Shown: positions 30,407 through 41,173, counted from the stretch's first letter. The stretch: 64,000 bases of DNA from Candidatus Poseidoniaceae archaeon (GCA_949372645.1 CASIAP010000009.1:65107-129106); one strand, 5' to 3'. Program-made: numbers and translations. Notes: generated from the sequence alone by a model not told the origin.

Positions 30407-31231
30407 ATGAAGGTCGGTATTATCGGTGCAGGAATGGTCGGAGGAGCCATCGAGATTTGTTTCGCAGATGCGCATGAATTGTTTGTTCACGACCCCGCCC
30501 GAGGCACCCAATTATCCGATGTCACCGACCATGTCGATTTTGCATACATTGCAGTTCCAACCCCTCCGCACCCAGAAACTGGAGCGTGTGATACACGTAT
30601 CGTCGAAGGCGTTTTGGATGAATTACCGGCCGGGTTTACTGCGGTCATCAAGAGTTCAGTTGTCCCAGGCACCACTGAATCATACCACGAAAGGTACCCA
30701 CACCTCAAGATTGCTTACTCGCCAGAATTTTTGGTTGAACGGCAACGTCTCGAAGATTTTGCAAATCAGGATTTACTTGTTTGTGGAACCCACCATGCAG
30801 ATGTAGCAGAACGGGTGTTTGCCCAGCATAAAGAAGCTGGAGTCCTACGCCAACAAAACCTCTTTCATGTGACTCCTACTCAAGCAGAATTAGTCAAGTA
30901 TACTAAAAATACATTTTATGCAATGAAGGTAATTTTTGCCAATCAGATGTATGATATATGCCAAGGGATGGGCCAAGATTGGTATACAATTCGTGACATG
31001 ATTACCGCTGAACAAGCTCAACCCATTGGCCCCTCTCACCTTGACCCGATTTTCGGCCTTAACCGAGGCTTTGGTGGCAAGTGTCTCCCGAAAGACTCAC
31101 AGGCTCTTGGGGTATTGGCAGAGTCTATGGATTGTAAATATGAATTCATGGATGCGATTCAAATTGACAACTCTAAACTTCGCAATGTCCTGACAGGTAA
31201 ACCCAGTGACGTCATCACAAATGACGATTGA
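30407..31231 (+). CDS. Short UDP-glucose/GDP-mannose dehydrogenase family protein (no C-terminal domain)
   Basis: [43 protein letters not shown]; only 274 aa. Confidence 0.88.
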   Translation: MKVGIIGAGMVGGAIEICFADAHELFVHDPARGTQLSDVTDHVDFAYIAVPTPPHPETGACDTRIVEGVLDELPAGFTAVIKSSVVPGTTESYHERYPHLKIAYSPEFLVERQRLEDFANQDLLVCGTHHADVAERVFAQHKEAGVLRQQNLFHVTPTQAELVKYTKNTFYAMKVIFANQMYDICQGMGQDWYTIRDMITAEQAQPIGPSHLDPIFGLNRGFGGKCLPKDSQALGVLAESMDCKYEFMDAIQIDNSKLRNVLTGKPSDVITNDD

Positions 31232-31241
31232 GGATGCTAGG

Positions 31242-31667
31242 ATGAATCGCCCCAAAGTAGCAGAAGTTCTTCCGAGAGGAACGTTGCAACGTTTTGGAAT
31301 CGCCGGGGGTTTCAACACCTTTCTATTCTGGATCATATGGGAGATTCTCCGATCAACTTTTCTTCTTGATCTTTTCAGTGAAACGGCAATGTGGTCTATA
31401 TCGTGGGCCATTTCGAGTATGTTCGCTCATTTTGTCCATCGAACTTTTACATTCGATGGCCGGAAAAATGTCAAGAATACTATTCTCGGGGCACTTTCTG
31501 TATATGCGTTTGGAATGGCGGGCTCAACGCTCTCATATGATGCACTCATCACGCTCTTTGATGCCCCGATTCGCTTGATGTTCTTGATTAACATGCTTGG
31601 CTGGGGCTTGTTCACATGGGCTACAATGCGATGGCTTGTCTTCGGATATACATCTGAAGAAGAATAA
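31242..31667 (+). CDS. GtrA-like four-TM protein
   Basis: RFGIAGGFNT...HRTFTF...RWLVF pattern; follows two sugar-nucleotide genes. Confidence 0.75.
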   Translation: MNRPKVAEVLPRGTLQRFGIAGGFNTFLFWIIWEILRSTFLLDLFSETAMWSISWAISSMFAHFVHRTFTFDGRKNVKNTILGALSVYAFGMAGSTLSYDALITLFDAPIRLMFLINMLGWGLFTWATMRWLVFGYTSEEE

Positions 31668-31668
31668 A

Positions 31669-32031
31669 TTAAACAGCGTGCGTCTCAATAAGGTCGAATG
31701 GAATAATTTCCAATGCCTTTTGGTGCGTCGACTCCATGTCGATGGGGCATGCCGTTCCTGCATTGACAGCATCCAGCCAGGTTTGTGCACAGACGCACCA
31801 CGAATCCCCAGGTTTGAGCCCCGGAAATCCATGCTGAGGCATTGGCGTAATCAGGTCATTTCCTTTTGATAGAGCATAACTTAGGAATTCTTCTGTAACA
31901 ACACAACAAACGGTATGTGAGCCTCTATCATTAGAGTCAGTGTTACATTTCCCGTCCCTATACCAACCTGTCATCGGGGCACAGGAACATGTGTCGAGCG
32001 GCTCTCCCAGGACATTGAGGCTTTCATCCAT
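31669..32031 (-). CDS. DUF2237 family protein
   Basis: NVLGEPL..CS..PMTGWYRDG.C, GSHTVC, GNDLITP, PGLKPGD.WCVCA; TTCATGG box at -29. Confidence 0.88.
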   Translation of the reverse strand: MDESLNVLGEPLDTCSCAPMTGWYRDGKCNTDSNDRGSHTVCCVVTEEFLSYALSKGNDLITPMPQHGFPGLKPGDSWCVCAQTWLDAVNAGTACPIDMESTHQKALEIIPFDLIETHAV

Positions 32032-32180
32032 GTCATAAGCAGGCACACCTCTGCCATGAAGTCTTGCTTTTAGAATTGTCAAAGAGGAGTATTTTGGCTG
32101 ATTATTTTTCGGTTAAGAATCCCTTTACGTAACGAAGAATCAGCGTTGGGTTCTAAGTCTATGTCGAATACGCAGGTGTA

Positions 32181-32612
32181 ATGCTACCGGACACAGTACA
32201 CAAACTCCCTCGAGAAGAACGTTTTGCTTATGCGCGTTTACTTGCGTTTATGGCGAGGGTTGACAATGAATTGACCGTTGATGAGATGGCTATGTTCGAG
32301 CAACGACTTGGCACAGCCCTCCTCTCCCCCCCTCAAAGGAAAATGATACGTAGTGCTTTGAAATCACCGCCTTCGTTAGAAGAATGTCTTTCAGCAATGG
32401 GTGAAGAAACGGGTCGGCTCGCTTTGCGCGATGCAACTTTGATGGCTGCTGCCGATGGCACTGTTGATGAAGATGAGCGTGAAGTATTGGATATGATTGT
32501 CGAACATTTTGGACTGGCCCCAGATTCAGTTGACCATCTACTCAAATGGACTGCGAAAGGCTACCGTTGGATGCAAGAAGGATACGATATCCTCAACGAG
32601 ATATCGGAGTGA
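32181..32612 (+). CDS. TerB-like protein (copy 1)
   Basis: ARVDNELTVDE and AAADGTVDEDE metal-binding-type motifs. Confidence 0.8.
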   Translation: MLPDTVHKLPREERFAYARLLAFMARVDNELTVDEMAMFEQRLGTALLSPPQRKMIRSALKSPPSLEECLSAMGEETGRLALRDATLMAAADGTVDEDEREVLDMIVEHFGLAPDSVDHLLKWTAKGYRWMQEGYDILNEISE

Positions 32613-33043
32613 ACTCCGTGTATCTCGACCTTGCAGTGGATTTCGCTCAAGAAGATGTCAAAGGGTATGCTGAACTCATGGTCATCATCGCTTCAGCAGA
32701 CGGCACACTTGTCAAAGAGGAACTTGCCATTATTGAGGCACTTATGGGGCGATGCATGATGCACCCTGAAATGAGAGTAAATATCCGTAATTTACTTGAG
32801 AAACCCCCCGCGCTCGACTTGGTGATTTCGAAATTAAATCCTATCGTATTGAAGATTGCTTTACGAGACGCAATCCTTGTTGCAGCAGTAGATGGGGAGT
32901 ACGATAAATCGGAGCTGAAAATTATTAAAATCTTGGCCAAAGCGGCCGGAGTTCGTAAAAAAGAACTTTCAGCCTTATTTGAGTGGGTTAAAACGGGCTG
33001 GGAATGGCATAACGAAAGTTTTCAACACCTCGGACTTCTTTGA
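32609..33043 (+). CDS. TerB-like protein (copy 2)
   Basis: ASADGTLVKEE and AAVDGEYDKSE; shares ALRDA and W...G..W with copy 1; GTGA overlap. Confidence 0.8.
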   Translation: MNSVYLDLAVDFAQEDVKGYAELMVIIASADGTLVKEELAIIEALMGRCMMHPEMRVNIRNLLEKPPALDLVISKLNPIVLKIALRDAILVAAVDGEYDKSELKIIKILAKAAGVRKKELSALFEWVKTGWEWHNESFQHLGLL

Positions 33044-33122
33044 AAAACCCATTTTTTGGTAATTTTAGGACCCTCAATTCAAGGGTCACATTCAAACCGG
33101 AAAAGCCAGCCCGCTGGTTTGG

Positions 33123-35126
33123 GTGGGGTCCATGCAAAGCGGAGTAAGCGGATGGTATGCAAGACTAGACAGGTGTCTTGGAGATCGTACCGAACAAATC
33201 CATATTTGGCTTGCCGCATGGGAGCAATCCCTTCTCGTTCATCAGCCAATTGCAGCTCTTCTCCCTGAAGATTGGCCAACCCTGCCAGCAAATCTCTTAA
33301 CCGACCCTGGCCATGTCCTTGACCATCTCTTAGCACGCCATGACGCTGAGGCTGACGGACGCTCCCCCCGCGGTGCTCATCCAACCCCTCCACGTTTGGC
33401 AGATGCAGTCATTGCCTCTGAGTTATTGGAAAGCTTGACGCGCCCCAAAGCCCCGACTCAAACCTCTTCAATGCATTTGAACAACCTTCCACCAGGTTTC
33501 CGACAACACCTCGAAAAACTCAATCTTCCTCAACTTACCCAAGAAACTGAAGTCGATGACGAATCAGAATTTGAACGGGTAAAACTTGGCCTCCGAACGC
33601 TCAGTGGAATACCTCTCCCAGTTGCAGACACTTCTTGTGGCGGCGGAATCTTCCACGCACGCTTGATTCGCCGGCATGCTGAAAGTCACAGCGACAGCCC
33701 CATCGAGCGAAAAGTAGCTGATACCAAAGCTCTTCTTTCTTCATTCCAATTACTCGACAATGACGATTTAGTCGTCTCTTCGACACGGCAACGTCTGTTG
33801 CTCGAATGTATTCGTTTTGATTTGGTAAGTTTGAAATCAAACAAACCGGGATGCCTGCCCCGTAATGAAGCAGAACAATTACTTGAACAAGCAGTTCGAC
33901 AAGGTGACACATTGCAAGGCGGTTGGCCTTGGAGTGAAGCACCCCGCCTTATTGTTACCAATCCACCTTGGCTGAGAATTAAAGACAGGTTTCGCGGAAT
34001 GGAAGAGGGTAGCAAACTTCGCCGAGAACTTGGTGAGCAATTGCGAGCGCTCTCTGATGACGGAGTTCCACGCTTCTCAACTATGCGAGGGAACGTTAAC
34101 CTCTACCGCCTTTTCATTGAACGGGGATTACAAATCTTAGAACAAGGCGGACGCCTACGCTTAATTGCCCCAGATAGCATTCTCCGAGAACAATCTTCTC
34201 ATCCCCTTCGCCAACTGCTTGTCGAAGGGCATGGGTGGAGTGAGGTTTGGGCTATTGAAGAAGCAAACCACTTGTTCCCTGGAATGACTCAGGGGGTTGC
34301 CGTTCTTGGCATTACAGCAAAACAAGAAACCGAGAAACTGGTGATTCACGGGCCAATCAGCCGTGCTGATTTACGCCGTGATCAAAAAGGTCTTTCAAAC
34401 CGAGTCCCTTCCTTCGAGATGGAAAAAGAGCGTTGGGTTGCCTGGGCTAAAGACACCTGGGCTATTCCTCGCCTACCTCGTGATCGTGTCGAGCGTAAAC
34501 AAACATTGCAAATTCTTGACCACCTCGCTAGCCTTCCACGAATGGGGGAGCAACAGCATGCCATCGCTACCAACGGACACACTATCCGTGTTCGTGTGGG
34601 GGAGATCGATCAAACAGCACACTCCAAATCCATTGAAACATGGGTCAAGGGACGTGGCTCACGTCCTTTTATCCGCGGCGTACACTTTTCTGAAGATGAA
34701 GATGGCCAAGTCTTTGTCCGCCACCCAGCTTTCCGAACAGATATTCCTTCAAGGGCTAATGAACGGCAACTTGCTATGTGGTGTGGAAGTGCTGAACCGA
34801 AATTCGGCCCTCGACTTGCTTGTCAAGCCATCGTCAATGCACACCAAGAACGCCGACTTCGCTGGGCAGTTATTCCGTCAGGTTGCGTTCTCGGGAACAG
34901 TGTGAATCATATCGAACTCCATTCTGATATCCAAGAACGTCTTATTCGAAGCCATGGAACGCTTGAGAAAGCCCTCCACTGGATGTGCGAATTGTTGAAT
35001 GCGAAAGATCTCGATGAATGGGCTCGTGCTTGGTCTGCAAATAATAACGTCAATAATTACGAATTAGAAATGCTTCCAGTGGAAACCTTGTCCGAAATAC
35101 CGGAATTGATGCTTTCAGTTCAGTAA
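33123..35126 (+). CDS. Amino-DNA methyltransferase, gamma class (Eco57I/TaqI-like), no nuclease domain recognised
   Basis: GAHPTP (motif X), DTSCGGGIF (motif I), IVTNPPW (motif IV), NLYRLFIERGL, C-term NYELEMLP. Confidence 0.8.
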   Translation: MGSMQSGVSGWYARLDRCLGDRTEQIHIWLAAWEQSLLVHQPIAALLPEDWPTLPANLLTDPGHVLDHLLARHDAEADGRSPRGAHPTPPRLADAVIASELLESLTRPKAPTQTSSMHLNNLPPGFRQHLEKLNLPQLTQETEVDDESEFERVKLGLRTLSGIPLPVADTSCGGGIFHARLIRRHAESHSDSPIERKVADTKALLSSFQLLDNDDLVVSSTRQRLLLECIRFDLVSLKSNKPGCLPRNEAEQLLEQAVRQGDTLQGGWPWSEAPRLIVTNPPWLRIKDRFRGMEEGSKLRRELGEQLRALSDDGVPRFSTMRGNVNLYRLFIERGLQILEQGGRLRLIAPDSILREQSSHPLRQLLVEGHGWSEVWAIEEANHLFPGMTQGVAVLGITAKQETEKLVIHGPISRADLRRDQKGLSNRVPSFEMEKERWVAWAKDTWAIPRLPRDRVERKQTLQILDHLASLPRMGEQQHAIATNGHTIRVRVGEIDQTAHSKSIETWVKGRGSRPFIRGVHFSEDEDGQVFVRHPAFRTDIPSRANERQLAMWCGSAEPKFGPRLACQAIVNAHQERRLRWAVIPSGCVLGNSVNHIELHSDIQERLIRSHGTLEKALHWMCELLNAKDLDEWARAWSANNNVNNYELEMLPVETLSEIPELMLSVQ

Positions 35127-35249
35127 TCAAGTAAACTACGCCCCACTTCTTTCAGTATTGCAATCCCACGCGACTGCATTGGTGTGCAACATCATTTATT
35201 ACTGATAAGCCACTGCATTGACCGTTAGCGATTGTTCGTGGTGAGTTAT

Positions 35250-35831
35250 ATGGGTATTCATCCAAAGATCGGCATAACAGGCTTACCTCGTAGCGGCAAA
35301 TCTGCCGTTATGGAAAAAGTTCTTGAAATGCTTCACGATGAACGAACTCGTGAGATCAAGATGAGAGGTAGTTTGACTGAAGCGCCTATTATCGGTGGGA
35401 TGCGGACTGAGCCTATTTTAGACGGCAGTGAACGATTAGGATACAGTGTATTTAACATCGTTACTGGCGAAAATGCAATTATGGCCCACAAGGATATTGA
35501 TTCACGCCTTCGTGTCTTGGGCTATGGAATCGACACAGAGGCACTGGAACGAATCGCAATTCCCGCAATTGAATTCGCTCGGGATGAATGTGAAGTTTTG
35601 GTGATCGATGAGATTGGGAAATTCGCTGTAGAAAGTGAAGCATTCGTTAGCACTGTTCGTAGTGCACTTGAAGTTGACAAACCGACACTCCTGACATTAC
35701 ATAAGAAAAGTCGACATCCTTTGTTGCAAGACATCCGCCGTCGTGACGACGGCCGTATCCTTGAAGTTACACCTGTGAATCGGGCATTACTGCCTTACAA
35801 AATTCACAAACTCATGAGAGAAACCTACTGA
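35250..35831 (+). CDS. Nucleoside-triphosphatase THEP1/NTPase_1 family
   Basis: ITGLPRSGKS Walker A, VIDEIGKF Walker B, EVTPVNR; GGTGAG SD. Confidence 0.9.
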   Translation: MGIHPKIGITGLPRSGKSAVMEKVLEMLHDERTREIKMRGSLTEAPIIGGMRTEPILDGSERLGYSVFNIVTGENAIMAHKDIDSRLRVLGYGIDTEALERIAIPAIEFARDECEVLVIDEIGKFAVESEAFVSTVRSALEVDKPTLLTLHKKSRHPLLQDIRRRDDGRILEVTPVNRALLPYKIHKLMRETY

Positions 35832-35879
35832 GCGCAGGCTTGCCGTTGGGTTCATTGCCTTGTTCCTCCACGCAGGTCT

Positions 35880-36218
35880 ATGAGCAAACCATCCGATGCA
35901 GCTTCGACGCTCTTGCTCGGCACCGGAGTTGGTTGCTTTCTTATCACTGGGTTTGGACTTGTTCAGGGGAGAATGAATCTCGAAGTGATGAGTTTAGGTT
36001 GGCTCTTTCCATTCATTGGTCTCTTCATGATCATACTTTCAAAAATGATTCTTTCTGGAACTGGTCCCTTTTCTCACGCCTTTCCTGACGAAGATGACGA
36101 CATGTTAGCTGAACGTGTACGAAGCGAAATTGAAACCACTGTAAAGGATGGAAGTGTTAGTTCTGCTTGGGCGGAATTAGAAGCTGCCGTACTTGAATCT
36201 GAACTGAGTGAAGAATGA
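35880..36218 (+). CDS. Small two-TM membrane protein
   Basis: 112 aa, two TMs, acidic tail; TTCATTG box at -29. Confidence 0.65.
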   Translation: MSKPSDAASTLLLGTGVGCFLITGFGLVQGRMNLEVMSLGWLFPFIGLFMIILSKMILSGTGPFSHAFPDEDDDMLAERVRSEIETTVKDGSVSSAWAELEAAVLESELSEE

Positions 36219-36238
36219 AGTTGAGGGCGATAAACCGC

Positions 36239-37618
36239 TTATTCTTCCGTTAAATCCGGTGTTGAATATTCCCCATTACGCTTGACGTGGAGAGTAAGTC
36301 CTATACTTGCCATAGCACCGGGAATCCATCCAAACCATAGCGAAGCAAGGAATGGTTCATTCCACCAAAAGGGAAGTATTGCGCACATCACTGTGGTGAA
36401 AAGAACCGGATAGAATACGAATGAAGCAGAAGGCGAAGCCACATCACGTTCGATGAACCATGGAGTGAGACTCGACCATGGCAAAGCAAGCCAAATTGCA
36501 GGGATCAGGAATACAGCAAAGGGTGTAAACAGGCAAAGAAGAATCGGAGAGAAAACAAGGGTCATTTTCATCCACCATATTTCTGGACGTGGGGCAGCAT
36601 CAAACCCAAGTGCAGGTAAGAATTGCACCAGCATCATTGCAGAAACGGCAACAGCAGCTACCCAAAACCCATACACATAAGCTCCAAGACCAGATCCAAA
36701 TACCTGAATTTGATCGAGGTGAAGTGGTGTTAAAACGAGAATTAGAAGTGCCATTATTGCAGCCAAAACCAACATCCCCCAACTCCGCCCATCACCATGA
36801 TTGAGTTCGGATTCTATTTCGACTGCAGGATGAATGGTTATTGCTAAGCATATGCCCAAGTGGAGCATGAGGATAAGCGGCAAAAGCATTCCCATTTCAG
36901 GGATTTTTTGCAACCAATTCCCATCCACATCCATCGAAATCGAGAGCCAAATAATGGTTGCTAAGGAGATGAGAAGTACTTTATTCCGAGCCCTCCGAGC
37001 AAGCTTTTGAAAATTCCCCCCTGCAAAAAACAATGTCGAGACTGCAAAAAGTTCACCCCCAAACATCGTAATTCCAGCAAAGAGAAGGAGTGGCACAAGC
37101 GTATACCAGGAGGGGATCACCCCTATCGGGTTGAGAGGCAATGTAATGGTGTCATAATAGGCAGGCTCGGGGAAAAGAATGGCAGAAAAGAGCAAGATAG
37201 TCAACCCTGCAAACATCATCATACGATTGCGAAAACCTTGCCGTAAATCGATACGTGCATTCACCAAACTTGGTAATCGTTCCGAAAACAACGCGAACAG
37301 GAAGACGATCAAGACAGTCAACTCAACACCACCATTTCCAGTTATTATCAATTTCAAATGGTGAGCTGAGAACTCACCAGGACCCAGATACTGTGCGATT
37401 TCAATATGTGACATGTCGTGCTGAATCAATGACTTGAGGCGAAGAACCAATATGAATAATACCTGAATCGGAGGTAACCAGCGTATGGCAAAAATTGCTT
37501 TCGACCAGAAGGGAGTGTTCTTCTTTTTTGCATATTTATCGATTGCCTCATAGAATATCCATGCGAAGAGGCTAATCACGAACAGCGGCAAAAACCACGG
37601 CATTGTGTCCCCCAACAT
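36239..37618 (-). CDS. Polytopic membrane protein of unknown function
   Basis: More than 10 hydrophobic segments; start 37618 inferred from CTCAAGG box at -29. Confidence 0.7.
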   Translation of the reverse strand: MLGDTMPWFLPLFVISLFAWIFYEAIDKYAKKKNTPFWSKAIFAIRWLPPIQVLFILVLRLKSLIQHDMSHIEIAQYLGPGEFSAHHLKLIITGNGGVELTVLIVFLFALFSERLPSLVNARIDLRQGFRNRMMMFAGLTILLFSAILFPEPAYYDTITLPLNPIGVIPSWYTLVPLLLFAGITMFGGELFAVSTLFFAGGNFQKLARRARNKVLLISLATIIWLSISMDVDGNWLQKIPEMGMLLPLILMLHLGICLAITIHPAVEIESELNHGDGRSWGMLVLAAIMALLILVLTPLHLDQIQVFGSGLGAYVYGFWVAAVAVSAMMLVQFLPALGFDAAPRPEIWWMKMTLVFSPILLCLFTPFAVFLIPAIWLALPWSSLTPWFIERDVASPSASFVFYPVLFTTVMCAILPFWWNEPFLASLWFGWIPGAMASIGLTLHVKRNGEYSTPDLTEE

Positions 37619-37689
37619 GGTTGAGGCGTAGGGTGCAAAGCCCTTGAGCATGGCGGAAGCAAGATAGAGAGGGGACAAGACCCCCAAAC

Positions 37690-39480
37690 ATGTCCCGCGA
37701 CCAATGGCAAGAGCAGGATTTGCTGGTTGTAGCACGCGATACGCCTTTGGCTAATCTTGCCAAGAACTTAGGCTACGATTTAGATTCTTGGATTCAGTCA
37801 GCAACCACCTCCTTGCCAGAAACACTCCGTGTCACGGGTGCGCGCCACGATAAAACTTGGACAGAATCCCAACTTCGTGAACTTGGAGGTCAACCTTTGC
37901 CTTGGGCTGAAGATGGATTTGCTTGGCAAATGTCCTTTGCACGCGGCCAAGCGCCGGATGAGCGAAGCAAGTATATCCTGAGTTTACTGCATGAATCCGG
38001 CCGAATAACCCGCCAAGAAGCAGCCAGTATGATTCCAGTTGTTGTCTTAAACCCTCAACCAGGGGAGTTAATTCTCGATTTGTGCGCTGCTCCGGGCTCT
38101 AAAGCCACTCAAGTCGCCGAAGCAGTCGCCCCACATGGCGTTGTTGTGGCGAATGAACCAATATCTGGCCGAGTCAATATGCTCGTGTCAAATCGAGGAC
38201 GCCTTTCGACCACAAACATGCTCATCAATCAACAAGATGGCCGGCATATTGGCCGTATTCCTCCACCCGGTTATGATGGCATTGTTGCGGATGTTCCTTG
38301 TACAGGCTCCGCAACAACTCGAAAGAATAGGAATGTATGGTGGAAATGGTCACCAAAAGAAAGCCGAACCTTGTTTCGTTTACAAGTTGAAATTACTTTG
38401 AGAGGTGCGAGCCTTTTACGGCCTGGTGGTAAATTAGTGTATTCGACATGCAGTATCGATCCTTGCGAAAACGAAGCCGTAGTTGCCCAGTTACTGCGCC
38501 AATTACCCTATTTGGAACTCATTGAAATCGATGAATCAAGGCTTCCAGGTCTGAAACTTCGACCCGGTCTTACCGATTGGGATGCACTTGATGAACAGGC
38601 AGAACCACTCCCAAGAGGCGAAGAAGTCGCTCAAGCAACATTCCTCCAACCCCCCCACATGAGTCCTGCAGCGCGCCTCCATTGGGGCGAGTCGTTTGAT
38701 GAGGAGATTGACGAGTCCACTGAATTGCGCATACAATCCGAACTTTCGAAATGCCGACGACTCATCCATCATGATAACGATACTGGCGGCTTTTTTGTTG
38801 CTTTATTTCGCCATCGCCCAGAGGCAACCCCGGAAGGAATTGCAAAGTCTTTCATTCGGAATCGAAAATCTTCCCTCCATTCTGAATGGGTGCCTTTGGT
38901 TCTTGATCAACCGCAAACCAACCGTCACACCATCTATGCAGCAAATCCAGAAACCGTCGCCGAAGCTAAAACACGGTATGGGCTGGATGGAAATGATTTG
39001 TCTTGGTGGACGCGCGGTAAACGACTGAACATCGCACCGAAAATGGTCGAAGACCGTATTTTCAATCAAAAGTGCCCAAACAAGCGTGGTAATCTTTGGC
39101 CTGAAGGAACCTTCCATCCTCTCAAATTAATTCATGTTGGTTTGCCGGCTTTTACCAAGAAGAGGGATGCTTGGCGCTCCCGCCAAGAGGCGGTTCCCGC
39201 TCTTCAGTCTCTCATTACTGAGTCGAAACACAGTATTTCTACAGATACATTAACTCGATTGCTAAAAGGCTGGGCTCCAATGATAGAAGAGTATAACAGT
39301 GAATTCGAACCAATTGAAGTCGATGGACCTCTCTTGCTTTCCAGTCAGTTGTCAAGCGGTGAGGCTCTCATTTCAGCATGGGCTGGAGCGCGTTTGACTT
39401 TGATGTTGGATGAGAAAGGTAGGGATATTTTGCGACTCAAACTTGGTATGCCTTTCCAAGCTGATGATGAGGAAGAGTGA
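37690..39480 (+). CDS. RNA m5C methyltransferase (RsmB/RsmF/NSUN family)
   Basis: RQEAASMIP, LDLCAAPGSK, ADVPCTG, LVYSTCS...ENE, GGFFVA. Confidence 0.92.
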   Translation: MSRDQWQEQDLLVVARDTPLANLAKNLGYDLDSWIQSATTSLPETLRVTGARHDKTWTESQLRELGGQPLPWAEDGFAWQMSFARGQAPDERSKYILSLLHESGRITRQEAASMIPVVVLNPQPGELILDLCAAPGSKATQVAEAVAPHGVVVANEPISGRVNMLVSNRGRLSTTNMLINQQDGRHIGRIPPPGYDGIVADVPCTGSATTRKNRNVWWKWSPKESRTLFRLQVEITLRGASLLRPGGKLVYSTCSIDPCENEAVVAQLLRQLPYLELIEIDESRLPGLKLRPGLTDWDALDEQAEPLPRGEEVAQATFLQPPHMSPAARLHWGESFDEEIDESTELRIQSELSKCRRLIHHDNDTGGFFVALFRHRPEATPEGIAKSFIRNRKSSLHSEWVPLVLDQPQTNRHTIYAANPETVAEAKTRYGLDGNDLSWWTRGKRLNIAPKMVEDRIFNQKCPNKRGNLWPEGTFHPLKLIHVGLPAFTKKRDAWRSRQEAVPALQSLITESKHSISTDTLTRLLKGWAPMIEEYNSEFEPIEVDGPLLLSSQLSSGEALISAWAGARLTLMLDEKGRDILRLKLGMPFQADDEEE

Positions 39481-40724
39481 GATTGATGCGCACTCAATTA
39501 TTCCTCATTGTTCTTTTCTTGAGCATCGTTGCAGTGCCCTTCGCCTCCCCTGAAGAGACTGGTGGTTTGAACCTCGTCGCTTCGAAAAACCTCCCCGGAC
39601 AAAGCAGTCTCGATACAGTGATCCATGAGAATTTCCTTCCTCAAGATGGACCTTATGACTCTAGGAGTGACCCCGAGATGGTGCTTTTTTCTTGGTGGAA
39701 GTGGAGTGAGGAAACCAATTCTGATTGGCCTGACGATGATGCCCAGTCTCGACTTGGGGAATTAGGACTTGGTGATGAGACATCATCTCTTTTTAATGAA
39801 GAGCAAGGCGACAATCTCTCTCTCGAGGAAGGACTTCATTTGGGCCGTCAACATTCGTGTGAAGAGCAAGTTTTGACCTTGAACGGGTCGATAGAAATAG
39901 TGAGCGATGAATACAATCAATGGTTTCTGCGTTTCCCAGTTGAAATGACGCCCCTTGTGAATCTAAGTGACAATACAGTCCTCTATTTTTTCATCACTGA
40001 GGATGATGCTACGGATCACCATGGCCGCCAAGCCTCTCATTTAGTTCGTGACATGAAACCCGAACTTGGATTTTCAAACAGCCAAGGGAATACAACCGAA
40101 ACCGTATGGGAAATCTCTGCCGAACATCTGCTTGCAGCAGGTGTCAATTTGGAATCCAATCCATATGGATGGCACATCACGTTAGCTTTTTTTGGTGAAA
40201 TTGAAGGCGACGATACCAATCGATTACTGGCCATGTACCGCACTTCTTTACCAACGCGGTGGGAAAACAGTTCAGCTGGACATTTTGCCTTACCGGTATT
40301 TCTCCTTATTTTCGCCAGCGTTCTTGCTTCAGGGGCGGTGAGTAGTGCGAGAAAAAGAGAAAAAGGGATGCCGAAATTGAATGCTGAATGGGTCATAGGT
40401 GGGCACCCAGCCGCTCATTTCACTCTCCGGTCAGGCAACCAAAAAGTCACGCTCAAGTCCTGTGAATCCGAACACCCTTGGCAAATCAAAGGCGGTTTTA
40501 AAACCAAAAAAATCGCCCCACATTCAGAATTGAAATTCACCCTCCGATTCAAAGAACAACTTGATGCCGACTGTCAGATTTCCTTGGGCCTTGAAGTTGA
40601 AGAACTTGGAACATGGACTCAATACCTTCGTCTTTCCACTTCAGCCCATCTTTCAGCAGAGAACAGGCAAAGCGTTGAAACCTATGAACAAGAAGCATCG
40701 AGTGGTGGACCCAGTGAATCTTGA
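39477..40724 (+). CDS. Hypothetical exported membrane-anchored protein
   Basis: Signal peptide, FITED...HLVR segment weakly like Omp28-type domains, one TM, C-terminal beta domain; GTGA overlap with upstream gene. Confidence 0.65.
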   Translation: MRLMRTQLFLIVLFLSIVAVPFASPEETGGLNLVASKNLPGQSSLDTVIHENFLPQDGPYDSRSDPEMVLFSWWKWSEETNSDWPDDDAQSRLGELGLGDETSSLFNEEQGDNLSLEEGLHLGRQHSCEEQVLTLNGSIEIVSDEYNQWFLRFPVEMTPLVNLSDNTVLYFFITEDDATDHHGRQASHLVRDMKPELGFSNSQGNTTETVWEISAEHLLAAGVNLESNPYGWHITLAFFGEIEGDDTNRLLAMYRTSLPTRWENSSAGHFALPVFLLIFASVLASGAVSSARKREKGMPKLNAEWVIGGHPAAHFTLRSGNQKVTLKSCESEHPWQIKGGFKTKKIAPHSELKFTLRFKEQLDADCQISLGLEVEELGTWTQYLRLSTSAHLSAENRQSVETYEQEASSGGPSES

Positions 40725-41172
40725 TGAAACCGACCGTGCGCTTTTGTCCGCAATGCTCGAAGATGCTCGTACGAGTCAACGAGCCTTGGCCCGTAAGGTT
40801 GGAATTGCACAGGGTACAGTCCTCAATCGAATTCGTCGAATGGAAGATGCAGGCATCATAAAGGGCTACAGTGTCATCTTAGACCCAGCATCGATGGGCT
40901 GGACGATGACCATTATGGCAGGGCTACGCATCGTCAAAGGAAGGATGATTGATGTCCAGACTAAAATCGCCGCAGACCCCCGTGTTTTTGCTGTGTATGA
41001 CGTGACAGGTGAATGGGATTCAATGGTTCTTGCCCGAGTCAAAAACCGTGAGGACCTCGATAACTTGACAAAAACAGTCTTCACACTCGATGGTGTTTCG
41101 CGCTCTTTCACACATGTCGTACTCAATACTGTCAAGGAAGACGGAATGCCTAAACCTCCTTCCAAATCTTGA
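40684..41172 (+). CDS. Lrp/AsnC family transcriptional regulator
   Basis: LDETDRALL..L.EDAR...LARKVG...TV.NRIRRME..GIIKGY; VYDVTGEWD; start 40684-40714. Confidence 0.92.
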   Translation: MNKKHRVVDPVNLDETDRALLSAMLEDARTSQRALARKVGIAQGTVLNRIRRMEDAGIIKGYSVILDPASMGWTMTIMAGLRIVKGRMIDVQTKIAADPRVFAVYDVTGEWDSMVLARVKNREDLDNLTKTVFTLDGVSRSFTHVVLNTVKEDGMPKPPSKS

Positions 41173-41173
41173 T

